Part shown: one piece after another, positions 63,867-64,000 of the stretch
How the letters are laid out: every line of letters starts with the position of its first letter
How positions within the stretch are numbered: position 1 is the first letter of the stretch
Assembly: GCF_006345805.1 (NCBI RefSeq)
Contig: NC_042998.1
Coordinates: 104,408,001 to 104,472,000, forward strand
DNA: 64,000 nucleotides
From: Octopus sinensis
Taxonomy: Eukaryota
Direction of reading: 5' to 3'
The notes under the pieces: model-generated
What the model was told of the DNA's origin: nothing
Seen by the model: only the letters and a program-made list of their open reading frames with translations
The model's database searches: none
Made by a program: the position numbers and the translations under genes

Positions 63867-64000
63867 TGCATGCATACATAATACATACATACACACACAT
63901 GCATGCATACATACATACATACATACATACATACATACATACATGCATGCATACATACATACATACATACATACATACATACATACATACATACATACAT

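Overview
AT-rich eukaryotic DNA, saturated with microsatellites and short interspersed repeats. The composition and the tRNA-headed SINE families suggest a cephalopod (Octopus-like) genome; this is inference. There is a 100-N gap at 3382-3481. No host protein-coding gene can be named. Almost all listed ORFs are translations of simple repeats, and only a few isolated exon-like segments with good splice sites were seen. Supported content: a near-complete DD34D mariner nested in a MITE, a Merlin element with TIRs and TSD, a decayed Tc1/mariner (maT-like) transposase, a hAT MITE, pogo/mariner MITEs, two Helitrons (one with a helicase remnant and an internal ~160-bp satellite), R4/Dong-type RLE-LINE fragments at (AAT)n and (CATA)n tracts, CR1-group LINE remnants, and many copies of three tRNA-derived SINE families. 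The most notable signal is absent from the ORF track: several unrelated short repeats, resembling Penelope pseudo-LTRs or retrozymes, carry hammerhead-ribozyme folds. These include canonical C3-G8 cores, a G3-C8 swapped core duplicated in a 150-bp-arm fold-back, an A3-U8 candidate, a 362-bp unit with an inversion starting at the cleavage triplet, and an apparently non-circularly permuted hammerhead. All folds were derived by hand and no cleavage activity is shown.
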